Source of the DNA: Epithemia pelagica
Taxonomy: Eukaryota; Protista; Bacillariophyta
DNA length: 64,000 nucleotides
Assembly (NCBI GenBank): GCA_946965045.2
Contig: OX337230.1
Location: 992,001-1,056,000, forward strand
Direction of reading: 5' to 3'
Shown here: one piece after another, positions 62,711 through 64,000 of the stretch
Position numbering within the stretch: position 1 is the first letter of the stretch
How the letters are laid out: every line of letters begins with the position of its first letter
Notes under the pieces: model-generated
What the model saw: only the letters and a program-made list of their open reading frames with translations
Told to the model about the DNA's origin: nothing
Database searches by the model: none
Position numbers and translations under genes: made by a program

Positions 62711-64000
62711 CTCCCCACAACTCGTCGTTTCAGCCTTGTCATCATTGGATTTGTTGAGGTCTTGAACTTCTCCTTTCCAAAACAACAATGGCTTGAGCAT
62801 GGGCCAGATAGATACGAAATCCCAATGTTTGCTAAGGATATCGGCGGGGTTGGTCTTTCCATCTTTCCAGTAGAATGCAACATACTTTGCTGCGATGGCT
62901 TCACGAACTCGGTGGTATGACAGAAGATGGTGTCTCTTGGATAGTATGGAATGAGGAACGGTTGCATTGAGCACAACAGATCTGTTATCTCCGTACATGT
63001 AACTTCGCTCTCGGATAGGTACTCCAAGGTAGCGGAGAGAATGTCGTAATTCTGTAATCTGATCTATTGCTGTCCTTGCAGCCACGAACTCGGATCCATA
63101 GGTAGCAGTTTCCACTGTGCTCTGTCTCTTGCTGTACCAGTCAATAGGTGTTCCGTTCAACAAATGTAGAACAGCAGTGACGGATTTACCAGTGACTATG
63201 TCATGCATGAGATTGGCATCAACATAATGAGTTGTAGTAACATAGCGGCCAAGAGGTGTTGGGCAGTCTTCAGGAATACGTTCACTTGCATTCGAATAGA
63301 CAGTGCAAGTCCAATCAAATTCTTGGGTAGGAAGACTTGAATAATCAGGCTCTCCAATCCTAAATCTGATTGCGCCTTCTGGGAGATGTGCAAGGTATCC
63401 ATAGATACGCTTGGCTCTATCAAGATGTCCTTTCCTCGGAGCAGCACGAAAGCGTGATAGCGTCATTGTAGCGGTGAAGACGTCGAAACGACCAATAGTG
63501 ATCACCCATTGAAGTTGTCCAATCAGAGTTTGGAAATGGTTAGTACCTTCTTCATCAAGGAGCTCAGAATCGTCCAATTCAGGATGGTCTCCACCAATAA
63601 GAGGTGTTTTGGCTTTCTTGGGTTTCTCCTTGAAGATTCGTTCGAAAGTGTCCATCATCTTACCAATGTAGCGTCTTGGATCTGCTACTAATGTTCCATC
63701 AGAATCCTTGGTGTAACAACATCCCAAGTGGAAATCAATAGGTCCATCTCCTTTGAGTTTGAAGTTGTATTTCTCCTTCAGGATCTTGCAGATATTCCCA
63801 GGATCAGTAGAAATAATGGCTAAGTCATCAACGTATACGGCAATGTATTCGTAACAGTCTTCTCCAGGTGCCTTCCTCATCCAGATATCCGGATCTGCTT
63901 TGCTTGGTGAAAATCCCATGTCTGTCAAAACATCGAATAAGACATCATGCCAGCGTGCGCCTGATGACTTCAATCCATAAAGTGCCTTGTATATAATCAG
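62705..64000 (-). CDS. Copia Pol, C-terminal reverse transcriptase and RNase H (partial)
   Basis: KALYGLKSSGARW, AVYVDDL (YxDD); RNase H YVDAN / ATYGSEFVA / YGDN / NPADILSK. The frame is open to the window edge. Confidence 0.95.
   Translation of the reverse strand: MIIYKALYGLKSSGARWHDVLFDVLTDMGFSPSKADPDIWMRKAPGEDCYEYIAVYVDDLAIISTDPGNICKILKEKYNFKLKGDGPIDFHLGCCYTKDSDGTLVADPRRYIGKMMDTFERIFKEKPKKAKTPLIGGDHPELDDSELLDEEGTNHFQTLIGQLQWVITIGRFDVFTATMTLSRFRAAPRKGHLDRAKRIYGYLAHLPEGAIRFRIGEPDYSSLPTQEFDWTCTVYSNASERIPEDCPTPLGRYVTTTHYVDANLMHDIVTGKSVTAVLHLLNGTPIDWYSKRQSTVETATYGSEFVAARTAIDQITELRHSLRYLGVPIRERSYMYGDNRSVVLNATVPHSILSKRHHLLSYHRVREAIAAKYVAFYWKDGKTNPADILSKHWDFVSIWPMLKPLLFWKGEVQDLNKSNDDKAETTSCGEC

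Larger units (their letters stand above)
62092..64000 (-). mobile_element. Ty1/copia (CoDi-like) LTR retrotransposon, 3' part
   Basis: RT-RNase H ORF followed by a GGGGAG polypurine tract and a 619-bp LTR. The rest lies beyond the window. Confidence 0.93.

Overview
Eukaryotic nuclear DNA, most likely from a raphid pennate diatom. This is inferred from a CoDi-type copia element, a diatom-type HSF fragment, diatom-expanded 7TM receptors and Cys-rich/Pro-Ser modules, and one GT-AG intron. No rRNA, tRNA or CRISPR is supported. Host genes: an RBR E3 ligase and a syntaxin (both broken by single-base deletions in A-runs, probably assembly errors), three paralogous Git3/cAMP-receptor-like GPCRs, a globin-fold protein lacking the proximal His, a P-loop NTPase, a secreted Cys-module/Pro-Ser-Thr mucin-like protein, a protein with two copies of a diatom 'GLRCIHC' domain, and several long low-complexity proteins (one ends in a CaaX box). 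Mobile DNA is abundant. There is a ~9.3-kb Mutator-like element with 40-bp TIRs (14228-23510), two copies of a 1.6-kb non-autonomous TIR element flanked by CTAG, an intact two-gene PIF/Harbinger-like element nested in the end of the second copy, a palindromic GTGGAT array fused to an HSF fragment, and the 3' part of a Ty1/copia element. The best candidate for an undescribed system is the Mutator-like element. It holds an intact MULE/SWIM transposase and a convergent 750-aa passenger gene with TET/JBP-like (HxDxxN...RIS) and HhH/alpha-glutamyl-putrescinyl-thymine-pyrophosphorylase-like motifs. The passenger is bracketed by 97-bp and 180-bp tandem arrays, reminiscent of a transposon-encoded DNA-modification or anti-silencing module. 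All domain calls were made by eye; no database search was run.
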